This document shows, one piece after another, positions 25,701-39,618 of a DNA stretch of 64,000 nt. The first letter of the stretch is position 1, and every line of letters starts with the position of its first letter. The stretch is from Lingula anatina. Lineage: Eukaryota; Animalia; Brachiopoda. The DNA lies in the NCBI GenBank assembly GCA_051362555.1, contig CM120642.1, positions 1,116,001 to 1,180,000 of the forward strand. The letters run 5' to 3'. The translations under genes were made by a program, and so were the position numbers. Under the pieces are notes generated by a model that was not told where the DNA came from, searched no databases, and saw nothing but the letters and a program-made list of their open reading frames with translations.

Positions 25701-28700
25701 GATGATAATAATGAATGAAGAAGGACAGCCCAGAATGCGGCTAGGACCATTTCCCCTAGAGTCCGCAGGGTCTGCGTTTTTTTTTAAAGCAGAAAGTGAT
25801 GTTTGTACACAAGTTGGTTTATCTTGAACACCACCGCATGGAGTGTTGGATCAGGCAAATAAGAGATAATTATGAGTCGTTTCAAATTCAGATTCACCGA
25901 AAAATGCCGTTCGTAATTATACGAAAGCAATTCATCCCAATCACTTACATCATTATCGGCCTACACAAGGTGTATCTACGTATTTATTTTGGTGTTATCT
26001 ACAATGGCAAGGCTAAACAAATCACTATTAGCTGCACGCTAAGTGATAAATGTTAAAATGTTCATTATCTAATCGATGCTGGACGTTTTCCTAATTGAAA
26101 AACAATGTTAAGTGTCAATTAAATGAATTACTGCAGTTCCTTTTTTATTACAAACGGAATAAATAATAGCCGGCATCGCGCTAGCTATGAGCCACTGTTT
26201 TTCATTTTTAGTAGCTTGTAACAACTGAAATGACGCCTGCTAATATCTGTTCTTCTGCTTACACAAGCTTTCAATCCGTGGCCACGTATTTCTCCACAAT
26301 TTTTAGTAAAATTCTACGGGGATTCGGAGCTCGTAGGTGCTACACGATTTGTTTGGATTTAAATATTTGAACTGTATCTAAGACATCCTTATCGTGGGTC
26401 CAGTCTGCATTTTTTTTTAGTAATTTTATATGTATTTGGATTGGTTTAGAGATTTAAGTTTAAAACTTTAATTAGTTGTACACAGTGCTGCAGAGCGCGG
26501 TTTGTATGAAATCTTATTATTATTATTATTATTATTATTATCATTATCAACAAATGTTTTAAGCCTAATATCACAAAGTAGACGCCTTAATCTACAATGT
26601 ACCTTCCACCCACCCCCACCTCCACCTCCACCCCCACCCCCACCTCCGCCTTCAAACCATCTCGTTAATGAATTAATTGACAAGTCTAATGAACAATAGG
26701 TGAGAACATTGAAATACGGCATCGCGGGGGTGCTGATCAAGCGTCTACTTCCTGATGTCAAAATTGACGGTTTATGATTAAACCATCCTAGTGACCAGTG
26801 CATGGCGGCGGGATGAATGTCCAATGGTACTGACGCAGCTTTTGTTCACGTTTGTTGATCAATTTTAGATATTTTCCCATCTGTATCCTGAGCTTCAAAA
26901 TGATGTGAAGTACTTGGTCAGTTAGGTTTGTGTAACCTCATTCTAGTTGTAGCAGCTTAAAACATAATAATACAAATCAATCGGCGGTGCGCCTTGGTTA
27001 CTCTGTTGTATGGAGGGGGGGGGGGGAGTAGAACAAAGATTCAAAATGAAACTTCAGTAATATCACTCCATTTTCAAACAAAGATTTATAAGACGGGATA
27101 GGGGTGACTGTTCTAAAGAACGTCAGTGGAGCAGATCTTGCTTAAGTCATTGATCAAGTCAGAGATACATGTAAGTCATTGAAATGTTACAGCTTAAAGG
27201 AGAGAGAGAACATGATCTCGTCTGAGAGGATGCGCAGCCATTAGTGTCATGAAATCAGACACAGATCAAACCCATTTTGAAATCTCCAATGTCTAGAACA
27301 GAGTGCAACCAAATGGCACACAGATAGCAATAAGCCAAGGAGAGACATTCCTTCACGCGATTCGAGAGATACAATGTATCCCGTTCATTTTCGCGCTTTA
27401 TCCAGTAAAATTGACTTTATTCCTCCGTGCCAGTGAAGAACGAGAATCCGGCAGACCTAAATCGTTGTAAGACTACCATTTCTAACACCAAGAAGATTGT
27501 ATGGGGTGCACATAATAACATCTGGGTTCAAAACAGTCATAATATTTTCATCTATACACAATTCATGATTAAAAATTATATCTGGTGACTTATTTTAGAC
27601 TGGCTGATTAACTCTTCGATTGTTCAGCCGGGATGCTGTCGGGTTCCTTGAGGTACAATGTAGTCTTAAAACGATCTGTGCTAATACGCTGTTGAATGCA
27701 GCCTTGAATTGATTGACGTTGAATTAGTAACGTGGGATTTCACGCTGTCGTGATCTCTGAAACCATTAGTGTTGCGTTAAATAGTAAATTAGGTGCATTG
27801 ATGAATTAACGCGCTACTTGCCAGCGTCAAGGTTTGTCTGAAAATTCAAATCGAAATCTTATGAACATCAACTCAACAGGAGCCCGTCCCTCTGTAGCAA
27901 CTGCAATTCGCCCCCAAATCACATTTATACCATAAATCTGAACAAAACTGAATATAATCCAGCTTTTTAACCTTGGAAATATTATATTTATATATATGCA
28001 CTATATGACTTAGCCATCATGCAAAAAAGAATTTACACTCATAGTAGTTGTAATTGTGCAGTAAATGCCGCTCATCGCGGGTGCATAACCCTTCAAACGT
28101 GCAAATATTTAGACGTCCCATATATAAGCATTCCCCACCCATAAAGATACCAGTGGCCGTCCAAACTATTGCTTTAGACATATTTTACGGTACCATTTTA
28201 TATAGAGAAGGTCTTACAGCCTTTGTAAACGTGTTTTTGATCAAGGCTCGAACCCGCAAAAATACTTCTTATTACGAAAATCCCACCGTTTGCCCCGAAG
28301 ACTATTTCTGAAAAAATATTTTCCAGTCTCTGCGAATAAAATCCACACAAAAATATCAAGATAAAATGCAAAAAAAAAAAAGCTTTACACAGATATCCAA
28401 ATATTTAGGTTCACTAAGGCGTTGGCCCCTGACACCTCCCCAAACTACCATGTATAACCCCAGATACACCATCTATACAGGTTTTTATCATCTCAGCTCT
28501 CTGTTGATCATACACCAATGGTCAGTTGCGATGTTTTGGTCCAGCGTTCTGGTTTTTAAAGGTCTTTAATCTCCCCAGGTGTTATAACCCAGAAGTGTTT
28601 ACAAGCCTCCCTCCTTGCATGATCATAAAATCAATACCTTGGCCCAAGGTTTATACAAACAAACACGTTTGAAAAAGGTGTGGGTCTCGTCAGCAATCAA

Positions 28701-30377
28701 ATCTCCCAGAATCAACTATACTTTGTAAATGTATATCTTTACAATGGCTCAGAAAGTTTAAATTTACCTGGACAATCTGTCTGCATTAGGATTCAATTAA
28801 ATTAAATACACTGCACTGATCTGTTATATTACCTCCTCGTGTAGCCGCAGTGATAAACCGCTTTTGTACCAGTGTCTTTTTAACAAAAAATTGTATGTAG
28901 ATCTACTCCAGTAAGTTAACGCTTGATTGCAATACCCTCTACTGCATTCCTTTGTTACCCCACCCGAACCTCATTGGACCCAATACAAGTTACAATTAAA
29001 AGGCTTTCTCCTTGAAAACAAAGCATATTGAAATAGTTTGGATTGGATTACTCCAATGAAATGTGTCTTCATCATAGGTTACAACTTAGTTAATACAAAC
29101 AGTGATATATAGGGCATCAAATCAAAGGCATGCCAACATAAAACCATCAAAAATTAGATAAATAGCATCCATTAAAGATAAGGCAGTCGGATAAAGCCAG
29201 TATAACGTACATTTACATGTACGTCCAGGAACCGACCTGAAAAATCTGAAATAATTCAATGTCTGTTAGTGAATCAATTATTTTGAACCATATGATTGAA
29301 ATGCGTGGGATGTTTTCGTTTCCAAAAACTAAAAGACCAAGGGTTTACGAAAAAAACTTTTTTTCGCAGAGATAAGAAAAACATTTTATTTATGCGTGAG
29401 TTTTATCCCAGGTCTCTGTGAAAATAATTCGATCAGTAAAACTGAAAATGCTTGCAGACAGACCATCAACCACTCGGTAACAAATTTAACAATTGAACTG
29501 AGCACAGAATGATGAGTCCTTTGCATGTTAAGGAATATTTCTCAGCAAACTATTTCGGATACGCCCGGTTTAACACTGGTAACAAATGGCCGCCTCTGTC
29601 TACTATGCGGTCTATGCCTCAAATCCAGGTACCTTGGGGAACGCTTACGTGGGATCTAATGACCTTTGACCTACATTAGCCTGATGAAGATGTGACCTTA
29701 TGACAGGATCTGCCTAATTCAATCGCCCCAGATCCCAAGTATGACTGAACTGCCACATCTTGACGTAGAAGAAAGTGCTTGAAAAAATTCTAAAGAAGTT
29801 ACTCTAAAGATACAATATCCTCTTGGAAGGTCAACTCTAATTAGAATTAAGTGGAACGAATGTAGGATGTTATAAATCAGAGATAAAACACCCGTTTTCT
29901 TTGAATTCCTCACTACTGGCGAGGAAATGAGTTTTCTGTTACAAGCACAGCTCGAGTTAAATTTGAGGCTCAAACAACATTTAATGAAATACGGTTTCTG
30001 GTGAAAACCCAACAGGAACGGACATTATTTGAGGGAGGGGGGTCAAAAGGTGTAAAAAGTACGATACAATTTTTAGACCCAAATTGTTGTTAAGACGGAA
30101 AACAAGGTACAAGTTGGTTTAGGGAGTCCACGACAGAATTGACACATTAAACCATCACCTCAAGAATGTCTCTTGGTTTAACAGACATTTCATCTCCGCC
30201 GTTTTACCTGTTGCAAAACTATCCGCATGAGCTAAACGTGGAAGTTAATAAATCATGATAAACCAGAGGTAAAGACACAACGTCCATAAATTTCGCTGTT
30301 TTTCATGGCGAAGAAAATAGTGGTCTTTTGTCACGCAGAACTGTAGAAAACTTCGTGCCGAGAAAACGAGGGTTTTG

Positions 30378-30630
30378 CCAAGATAGCAATGTGGCATTGG
30401 CCCGACGTTGGTAAGCCAATCAGAGGTTGGAGGTCCAAATTAAACCATTTGCCTATCCATCTGCCATTTGGCAATAGGCCAACACCATGATTTTGTTAGA
30501 TTTCCGACGGTTCAACTGCCGACGTTGGCCAAATGTTGGTTGGTCAAAGTAAAAAAATATGGCATCAACCCCATGTTGGTTAAATACCAACCAAACGCCA
30601 ACATTGGGGCAACGCCATTTGGCTATATGG
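30378..30630. mobile_element. Decayed non-autonomous DNA transposon with CCAACGTTGG-type subterminal repeats
   Basis: CCAAGATAGCAATGTGGCATTGGCCCGACGTTGG is inverted against CCAACATTGGGGCAACGCCATTTGGCTATATGG; repeated GTTGG/CCAAC motifs internally. Confidence 0.6.
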
Positions 30631-31173
30631 CTGGCGAGGAGGGGCGGTAAGGCGTACGTCTTACTGAAGAGAAAAGATCAACGCCCTGTTCAGTATGAAT
30701 AATTTCATATCGGGCTTGAATCAGTCCAGTGGCGGAGGCAAAACCAGAATATTTCCGGTCCCTGCACCCTACATGTTATAGTAGAAATGCGCTCGCCTAT
30801 TGTTTTATATTTGTCGAGGGCAGCGAAGATAAATATCAAATTTTGGATCCGTTAGTGTGGTGGTGGTGGGGGGGGGGGGGGGGCGTAGGGAGCTCCTACG
30901 TGACAATCTAGACACTCTCTGATTGCGATACCATACGAAATTAAGTTTCTGAAAGTTTAGTTATAACTACATGCACCTAGCTTGGGTTAGATCTATCCCA
31001 CCTGGGTAATAGAGGCGTTTTAAAAGACTTTCTTTAAAGTGGAGAGAACAAGGTTGATCAGAAAAGGTCATTTCTAAGTGCTTGCGATCGCCTACATTGC
31101 TGCTTACCATATTTTATTACCATGGTCACGTATCTCATCAAATTAGAACAGAAAATCTTTATTTAGTTTGTTT

Positions 31174-31540
31174 TATATTTTACCTTTAGGCGAGATTTTC
31201 TGGTACAGTAATTCATTCTCATGGTTACCGTTAGGTTACCATATAGTAAGTATCTTAAACAATGCATACATGCATGGAAAATTCGTAATAGAAATTGATA
31301 ACTTTCAATAAATAAAAAGTCTAAACCTGGTCTAATGACTTTAGTATACTTAAGTATATCATTAATCTGCACAGGTTACTCTGATCTATGTCTATATTTT
31401 ACCTTAAGACGAGATTTTTGGAAAAATTATTTTCGTGATTACTGTTGAGGAATTATTAAGTATGTACTTTCACACTGGTTTATTATAATGATACTTCGGA
31501 GATGTTAAAAACCAAACTTGGTCTAATGACTCAGTGTATA
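31174..31540 (+). repeat. Old tandem duplication (about 200-220 bp)
   Basis: TATATTTTACCTT.AG.CGAGATTTT at 31174 and 31393; AAAC.TGGTCTAATGACT occurs twice. Confidence 0.65.
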
Positions 31541-31912
31541 ATTAAACTGTTTAGGAAACTCAATATTCATTTTACTTCAACTTTCATGGTACCAAATAAA
31601 AAAGGACAAAGCAGGACTCGTGAAAGTGACATAAACTGCACTGACCGTCTCTCCAGTACTTGTAAGTGAAAACCACTACTTCCCGTGGTCATTTTACACT
31701 TATGGGATAAAGTGGCATTTTAACATTTGTATATATGCATTTTACAAGGAATAATGACCATTGTCTGTTCTCTGAGTCTAGGCACCGATGGTTTCCAGAC
31801 CACGATTTCGTGTCACCAGGGACTGTGAATGTTTTGTAGCTTTAATAATTCATTTGTTAACAGTCTTGTGGTCGGAGGGTGAAAAGCTGCAGACAAAACC
31901 TTTTGTCCAATT

Positions 31913-32205
31913 GTGAGTTGGTGTCTGCGTGTGTCTGGGTGCGTGAAGGGTGCGTGAGTTGGTGTCTGCGTGTGCCTGGGTGCGTGAAGGGTGCGTGAGT
32001 TGGTGTCTGCGTGTGCCTGGGTGCGTGAAGGGTGCGTAAGTTGGTGGCTGCGTGTGCCTGGGTGCGTGAGGGGTGCGTGAGTTGGTGTCTGCGTGTGCCT
32101 GGGTGCGTAAGGGGTGTGTGAGTGGCTGGGTGTTTAAGTGGGTGCGTGACTTGGTAAGTGTGTGAGGAGGTGGGTGCGTGAGTGGGTGCGTGAGTGGGTG
32201 CGTGT
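31913..32205 (+). repeat. 41-bp GT-rich minisatellite (about 5 copies) grading into 12-bp repeats
   Basis: Unit GTGAGTTGGTGTCTGCGTGTGCCTGGGTGCGTGAAGGGTGC starts at 31913, 31954, 31995, 32036 and 32077. Confidence 0.95.
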
Positions 32206-33555
32206 TCGGATGGGGTGAGTGGTAACACCATGCTCACTACTAGGGGCCATATGACGTCATTGCTGAAATTCTAATCAAAATCTCTCGCTGGTCACTGTAC
32301 AGATATGCACACAGAATTAGCCACAGAAAATGTCCTGGCGTAGGGTAGTAACACTCAGCCTCATCGGTAAAATATATATGTGGAAAATTCAAGCAAAGCA
32401 AGTGTCTCACCTATTTAATCTAGCCACGGTCATAATGTGTATGATGTCTCCTATAACTCTTGTTTAATATTTCTCTTGAGGTTCACTCCCGTGCTACTGT
32501 ATAATCTATGCTTTAAATAATGGAATAAAACTTTCACCAAAAGTCAAGAGGGAGGCATTTTACTGGGTGATATTAAGAAACATAAACAGCAATCGAGAAG
32601 AGATAACGACCGGTTATCACACGAGGCCAGCTTGGTTTTTTATTGCGTTTGTATGATAATTTACCGAGGAAATCTCCAGATAATACTTGGAGTCTACATC
32701 TATATGGCAATACACTTGGTGTTATGATCTGGAAACCAAGTTATCCAGTGCAAACACGTTGCACTGGAAAGTGATCCTATTATATATTGAAACACCTGTT
32801 AAGTGGCAATGAGTGAGAGCAGGCTCATTTGTAGATTATATGAAAGATAAGATCTACATTGATGTATCTCATCTTTTTTTTTAATCTGACGGTCACGTCA
32901 GTAATTTTGCCAGAAAACTGTTTAATACGGCTTGTTTCTCTCGGTTATTAATTAATTTATTTATTAATTTATTTATTTATTTATTTATTTATTTATTGGA
33001 ATTCTTTTTACAATTGTTTGTTTGGTCAGTCTTTTGGTTGATCGATGCACTTTGACAGTTTTTTGTTTCGTTGTTTGTTGACAGGATATCTCAATATTTT
33101 TTCAAAATTAAATTAAACCAGGTAGAATGGTTACCACTGGAGGAGGCAATGCTTGATTACATTCTGGTCAAAACGATGGGCATTTCACTTTCACCTTAAA
33201 GTACATGGGCCTTAAACTCAGTCAATGCCCTCAAGCTGAAGACTGATTGCCCTCAAAACGAATAAGTTCCGGTCAATGTCTGATGTATTGGCGCCAACTT
33301 TTACCCTGGTTTGTCCGCACATCTTAAAGTGGAAGCAGCTTTATCATCGAGTTGCCCCTTGAAGTAGCGTAGACAACAAACTGAGAAATTATAATTGAAG
33401 GGCCTAAGCAGCTCAATTTTGATAAAACCTATTTTTGTATAAGGTGATAAGAACATAGTTGACTATGACCAATGCGTGTGAAAGCGTCTTTTTAATCCTG
33501 CCATGTATGAAAAGCAACTTCTGAATCTTTTCGGGCGGACAAAATAAAACATTAA

Positions 33556-34494
33556 AGGACAACTCAGTGGGTTAGATTAATGTATAGAAGCAGGTTCTAT
33601 GTAAAACTTTGATCAGATTTGTGTTTTGGGAGATTGTTTATTATTATATGAATAAGTCTGGGTCACAAAAGTCCTGTTAAGACAACTAGAATAAAGAATT
33701 AGAAAACGAAAACTATTTATCATGATTTCGGAGCACAGCCAGAAGTACTTCCGGCTCAAGGTCACGACCTCGATTTTCCCACGCTTACGACCAATCACAG
33801 CAGGCTTCAGTCAGAATGAGATAGACGTCACGACTACACAGCGAAACTTGTCAGACATGTAAGTGCCGCCTGTCCATCTTTTCGGTACATGTGCCGATCA
33901 AAAACAGAAAACGTAAAGCCCAAAACGCTCTTATACACGTAACCGACTTTGTATGAGCACAAATATTGTCATTTATTGTGAACAGGATAATATGATAATC
34001 AGACACACTTGAGACCTGTGAAGCGCATACTCACGTGTCGAGGAGTAGTTTCGCCATTGCCTCGTATGTGAGTCCTAACTCAGCTTTAAGTGTCTTCCCC
34101 CGCCCCACCTCCCTCCCAACATACACAGTCTGAGTGCTTCTTCGTCTGTCTCTAATTTTCTTTCGTATCTTTCGAACTGGAGTGGCTATTTTCTTTCGCC
34201 CCCTTTTGTCGCTCTCCTGTTCAGACTTGACGCGCGTCTGAGCCATGTTTGCTGTTTTGGCGCCAAATAGTAACATCCGGGTCTCAGCCGTAGTACTTCA
34301 TTCATAGTAAACCGCGAGACTTAGCGAGAAATTGCGCGTTCTGAAGCCGTACTGTGAGGTGGTAGCTGAGTATTTAAGACGAGTCGTCTTTTATTATTTA
34401 ATGGAACTTAAAAACGGTATTAGGTAGCTTCATTTTCTGAACGGTTTTGGATAGGATATACCTTGGTCATTATGGGGAAATTGGTGAGTTTTCC
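33556..34494 (-). mobile_element. Kolobok-like DNA transposon remnant carrying a coding exon
   Basis: TTAA|AGGACAACTCA left end and degenerate TGAGTTTTCC right end; CpG-rich interior; exon 34246->34035 (AAACATGGC start; MAQTRVK...KKIRDRRRSTQTVYVG...LKAELGLTYEAMAKLLLD; GTGAGT donor). Confidence 0.5.
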
Positions 34495-35605
34495 AGGAAA
34501 ATTCATTTTCGTGCTATTTTAAGGGTTTAACGCGCTGAGACTGTCTTAATGTACAAGTAACGACACAGGCACTTCCTCAAAGCTTATTTCAACGCCGACC
34601 AAGATACGGACCGCTTGGAACAATTCTGAAGCTTGTTATGAAGTAACTTCCCTGAAATATCTTCTCTGAATTTACTTCTGTTTTTCCTTGCTTGCTTCAT
34701 TCTTCATTTCTATTTTCTGCTCGTTCATTACATGCGATAACGTTTTACTGGCAGTCGCATCCCATCTATAATTTTATTAAGTGGCCATATGTTTATTATT
34801 GGAATTGGACCTAAGGATCTGATTCTATCAAAGAAAAAAGAATTATCTAGCTAGTGGACCAAACACTTAGGTAAAGATACACAGACATCAAATCAAACGA
34901 AAGCGTAGAGGGAATTGATTGCATGCTCTGGGAAATTCTTACTTCGTCGACAGACGAAAAAACGCAATTAAAAGGGCTCAGTACCATCACCACTTTTATA
35001 TTCCGCTTTAAAACTGCAGGCAAAAGGAAGTCGTTCATTAACTGGATACTTGTAGGAAAACGGACCGATTAGTATCCATTACGCTAACCTTTGTTTATCG
35101 AGGCAAAAACTTTTTTCATCGCCGGGTCGAGCGTTTTGTATGATCAGCGTCTCCCACCCCGCTGGGTGCGTTATGCAGAGAAAACACTTCGTGAATTAAT
35201 GTGGAATTAAACGGGTAGACGAGAGCATGTGAGCTTTGTTATTTTTGTATCACAAAAAGGATCGAGTTGACTCGCAGTGTGTGCCCTTTTTTCACTGATA
35301 AAAACAGAAAAAGGTCTATAAGTGCATTCGCACCATGAGGTTGCCTTTATTTTTTCACTCTCCTTCTAAAGTAATCCTTCTTCATAATCTCTTCAAAAAT
35401 AGCATTTTGCATTTTACACAAAACTATTTCGCCAATTGAAGTTGTTCCGGTCTATGAAAATAGTCCTTATCATATTGACCTAACAAATATGGTATCGATT
35501 AATTGTCATGGTTGATGACGTGATAGTTCAATGAGGAGGTTCTTTATCTTTACCCGAAAGTTGGATTTTGATTGAATTAGTCAATCAGCGAAATAATCGA
35601 TATTC

Positions 35606-35620
35606 TGACGTCACTTCCTG
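35606..35620 (-). promoter_or_regulatory. Composite ETS-CRE motif
   Basis: TGACGTCACTTCCTG (reverse complement CAGGAAGTGACGTCA). Confidence 0.4.
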
Positions 35621-36140
35621 TCATATACGTATCCCCAGTGAAGTTTTGGTATTACGCTACAAATACGAGCTCCCTGACGCTGATAGCTTTAATGAGGAAC
35701 GGTTCTATTGGCAGTCTCTTAGCGAATGGAGAGAGGAAAGAAATACCTCTCAGAAGCAATAAATTGATTCACCTTAATTGACTTTCAAAGTAAATATTTT
35801 CTTAATAAATACCCAATGGATTCAGCTTAGATATTGTCAGACGTTAAAAGTCCACATAATTCAATTATTGTTTAAATTGGTCGCTGAACCATTTTTCACG
35901 AAAACCATTTCTTGACAAAATAAAACAGTGATTGTGTAACACAGAAAAACAAATTGCAGAATAAAAAATGAGAATAACTGATAAAAAATTGAAATTTCAC
36001 AAGACGAATTCATGCGTGTCACTGTTCTGCTATCTTGGTTTGTGTTTGTTGAGATAAGTAAAGAAACATTGTATCATTTAGTTCAAAGCAAATTTCCTGC
36101 GTATCCAACGCGCACGTTACTGAAGGTGCTCGACACCAAG

Positions 36141-36353
36141 GCTCTATTCCCATAGATTTTAGATCGATCTATCCCCGCGGGGAGTCTCACAAGATTACTT
36201 TCAGATAATCCGACTTAAATGTCCGTCCCGCCTACTACAAGCTGTAAGGGGGTAATTAACTTTCGTGTCCGCCCGGCTGACAGCTATTTAGCGTGAACCC
36301 CCAGGGAGTTAGGTCGATCTAAAGTAGGTCGATCTAATCTATGGAAATGGGGT
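36141..36353 (+). mobile_element. MITE family A, copy 2
   Basis: Shares GGGAGTCTCA, GTCCCGCCTACTA, GCTGTAAGGGGGTAA and TTTAGCGTGAACCCCCAGGGAGTTAGGTCGATCTAAA with copy 1; same TIRs. Confidence 0.8.
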
Positions 36354-37092
36354 GTTAGCCACGTGTTTTGGCAGTGTAATGGAAAATTTATATTAGATAA
36401 TTAAGTTAAGTAAAAATGCTGTATATGAGACATTTTATATATCAAAATAAAGGGAAAAAAGAAATTGCACGTGCTCATGGAGCGTATTTTAAAAGGGAAG
36501 ATATCGAGGCGGATTTCGATCAGCCTAAGTTTCGGTGATCACGGAAACTGAACTCTGTCAGAGATGATTTTCTTGTAATCTACCCGTGAAACTCAGGGTG
36601 GTTCTGGTGGTTCTGGTAGGTCCCGGCTCTAAAGTGTGGTTCCAGTCATATACACCCGGCACTTGGAACAAGACACGCAACCATTACCACTCGAGTACTT
36701 AGTACCTGGGATCTCTTGTAGCACCATCGTCTTGCAAGAGAAAAATAACCCCTTGCTCATTTGAGTGAAATATCGAAGTTACCGCTACCGTCAGATGTAA
36801 CAGACACTTATTGGTGCGTGATAAGGAGATGGTGTTTGGCTGGAATTGGACTAATTTTTGTTTGGATCTCTTTAGCTGTTTGTTTATTCTGTTCACGTAT
36901 ACATCTTAACTTGGGTGTTTATTATAAGACGCGAGATGGGCTACAGGCAAATGTTATGTTTACGTAACCTTCCTCACCTGTAATATGATTAAGAGAATCT
37001 TTTTAACCTTCTATGTAAATTAAGAAATGGTTTCGTTATCTTCAGATTCGCTCACTCCATAATTTTTTTGTACTTCTGATAAGGAAAGTAAG

Positions 37093-37093
<1 letters not shown>

Positions 37094-37155
<62 letters not shown>

Positions 37156-37159
37156 TATG
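37094..37159. repeat. Compound (CT)n(CA)n microsatellite
   Basis: Seen directly; followed by a short (GC)n run. Confidence 0.95.
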
Positions 37160-38989
37160 CGCGCGCGCACACACACACAAAAAGCAAGGCAAGTTTTATA
37201 GAGGAACAAAAACTATTACTGGAGCATGAAATAACAGACTTGTTCTTTGCTGTCGTCCAGCGAAGATGACCCTCCGTCCCACTGGGAGTCAGCCAATTTC
37301 CACGCGAAGAAAAATGACGACGTTAGCCACTAAAGACCAACTGCTGTGAATTATAAAGCCAGTCAGCAAAGATCAAAGGCAATGACTTAATCATAGAACA
37401 GTAATGCAAGAAAATAGAAAGATCAATAATTCCATGATTTCACTCGGCGGTACTGCTGCCCTCGTATTTGATATTGATTTTCAAGACAAAAACTCGATTC
37501 GAATCATCAAACGTAAAGATCACAGCAAATCTTTTTTCGCGTAATTTGGCTTGAAAAATCTTCCTCTCGGAAAGTTGTTCTTTATGAAAGCTCCTTATTA
37601 GTCTAAAGTCATAATCTGTGCGCTAAAAGTTAACGAATGGGAACGCTTTAAAAACTGACTTTGGTTTAGCTGCCAACAGGAAGTATTCACTTGATTGCAC
37701 TCCACAAGTCTATGTAAGCTTTGAGTAACCCAATCCTAGAGCTATTGCACTGACAGCATATCCAAGTCATTTTATAGGGTTTACACGCAACCGTTTGTAC
37801 CTTACGGCCGTCTAAGAAACAAATAACACATACCCTCTTTCCCAATCGGCAATTGTCAAATTCATGGGAAGTCTAAATGATCGCCTCAATAAAATTCCTA
37901 CGAGCATCGGGTCTGTTACTTAACATTAAATGAGACGACGCAAACATTAGCGAGAAATAGTGCTTGTCTATTGACTTCAAGCCTCGACTAAAGATGCTTC
38001 AAATGGCAGATGGTATTTTGCGGTAATAGTGGTCTCTGATACAGGTTATTTTACATGTTAACTTTTTGTCTTCCAAAGCTTGTTGAGGCGACCAGCACTG
38101 GGGTTCACACTGGGCAGAAGAAGGGCGAATTTTTTGAAACCATGTTGGTCCGACAAGTTCGACAAGTGCGACTTCATTTGACTTCATAATCAGTGCATGA
38201 AAGCCATTTTGGCAATGTGTTTGGATAATTTCTTTCTGACTAATTATTCTTGGTCACTTTGACTAAGGTTTGACCGTTGGTGAATATAATTTATTAAGTT
38301 TAAATTAATGATTTATGTTCTGTGTCCTTGATTTCTGGGAAATACGCCAACACCGAACCATTAGATATATTCACTAGGCATGATTATATTTCTTACAAAT
38401 AAATATCAAATAAAAAAACAACAACTAAAATCAGTACATTACGGGGCATAAAATAGTATGTTTTAATTGTGATCTTGCGTTATAGGCCCCTATGCATCAG
38501 CAAATAAAATGTAAAAAATATGTTGAGAACTTCGGCCGCAATGCGTAATTCACTGATGGCTCTATTAAGCTAGACAAGGGGGTTAAGTTACCTGGAGTGC
38601 GGAATGAATTACTTTACCTGTCGTTATTAAAAGTTTTATTAAAATACGCAGTTAATCGTTAATGGTTGTGTGGAGAAGCACCTTCTCAATTTCTCAATTT
38701 CTATTTTGATGTCTTTTGTATGGTGAACAAATGTTTGTCTTTTTATCGAAAGAAAATCTTCGTTTTAAAGCGTATCATAGTAGAAAGTTCAAAATACTCT
38801 TTGAGTTCACAGTTGTGACTGACTCGTCGAGAAACTCGCTAAAAGTTCTTATCCTATTTTTAAATTATAATTGAAGCAATTTAGTTGTTCTAAGAGGGCT
38901 TATATCTGAGTGAAAAAAGTTCAGTTATGCTACAGAAAATATTACAACGAACCTGCTGTGAGATTCACTCCGGGCAGCACACGGCGGGG

Positions 38990-39033
38990 GGTCTATCAGT
39001 GCTTGACCGCTGACGACAACATGGTCACTCTCG
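38990..39033 (+). promoter_or_regulatory. TBC1D19: Candidate TBC1D19 first exon/TSS region
   Basis: CpG/GC-rich patch, Inr-like TCAGT at 38996-39000, CAACATGG at 39017-39024, donor TCG|GTAAGA at 39033/39034. Lies just upstream of where CpG depletion begins. Confidence 0.5.
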
Positions 39034-39458
39034 GTAAGACTTAAACTAGTGTTAAAACAAACGCTAGTCTCGCCTTCGTTCGATAAATCTCTCAGACGGC
39101 TCCCTTGTATGTTTATACCCTCTACCTGCTTACCTACTTAAACAACCAATCTCCGAGGAAAACAACACCCCAGGTTTTTAGAGGGTCCATGGCATCTTAA
39201 CCTTTGAAACACGAGAAAGTCCAACGCTGGTCTATTGGTTAACTGTTTGCGTTTTGTGTGTACTTATGATGTATAATGCATAGTTAAGACTTTTGATGAG
39301 AGATTTGTTTAAATTTACTCTGGATTATGTTGTATAATCTCCTAGTAGAATAAGCTCTGTGGTTTTAAAGGGCACATACAAACCACATTTTTTTTTTTTT
39401 GTAATCTCCTAATAAAAAAAGCGGGGGTATATTTATATGCGTCCTGACCTTTCTAAAA

Positions 39459-39618
39459 CAGGGGGGTTCGGGGGGTTCGAGAGAACCCCCATTTTTGCTG
39501 GAAAAAGGCCCACTCTGGGTAAAATTTGACCTAGGTACATGTGGATTATATGGTAAAAGGTCCACTTTTTTTATTAAAAGAACCCCCCCCCCCTTTGAAA
39601 CTGCTGGCTACGGGCTTG
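39459..39618 (+). mobile_element. MITE family B, 5'-truncated copy
   Basis: Near-identical core GGTAAAATTTGACCTAGGTACATG.GGATTATATGGTAAAAGGTCCACTTTT shared with 57492-57657. Confidence 0.85.

Noticed and set aside
26468-26824. Poly-Gly/poly-Pro/poly-Asn ORFs
   Set aside because: Arise from (CCA/CCT)n and (ATT)n simple repeats.
31857-32237. 126-aa His/Thr/Pro-rich ORF; CRISPR-like periodicity
   Set aside because: Translation of the minisatellite; units are contiguous with no unique spacers, and the context is eukaryotic.
32744-32768. Perfect 10-bp hairpin TCCAGTGCAA/TTGCACTGGA
   Set aside because: Isolated; no convincing Helitron end or RNA-gene context.
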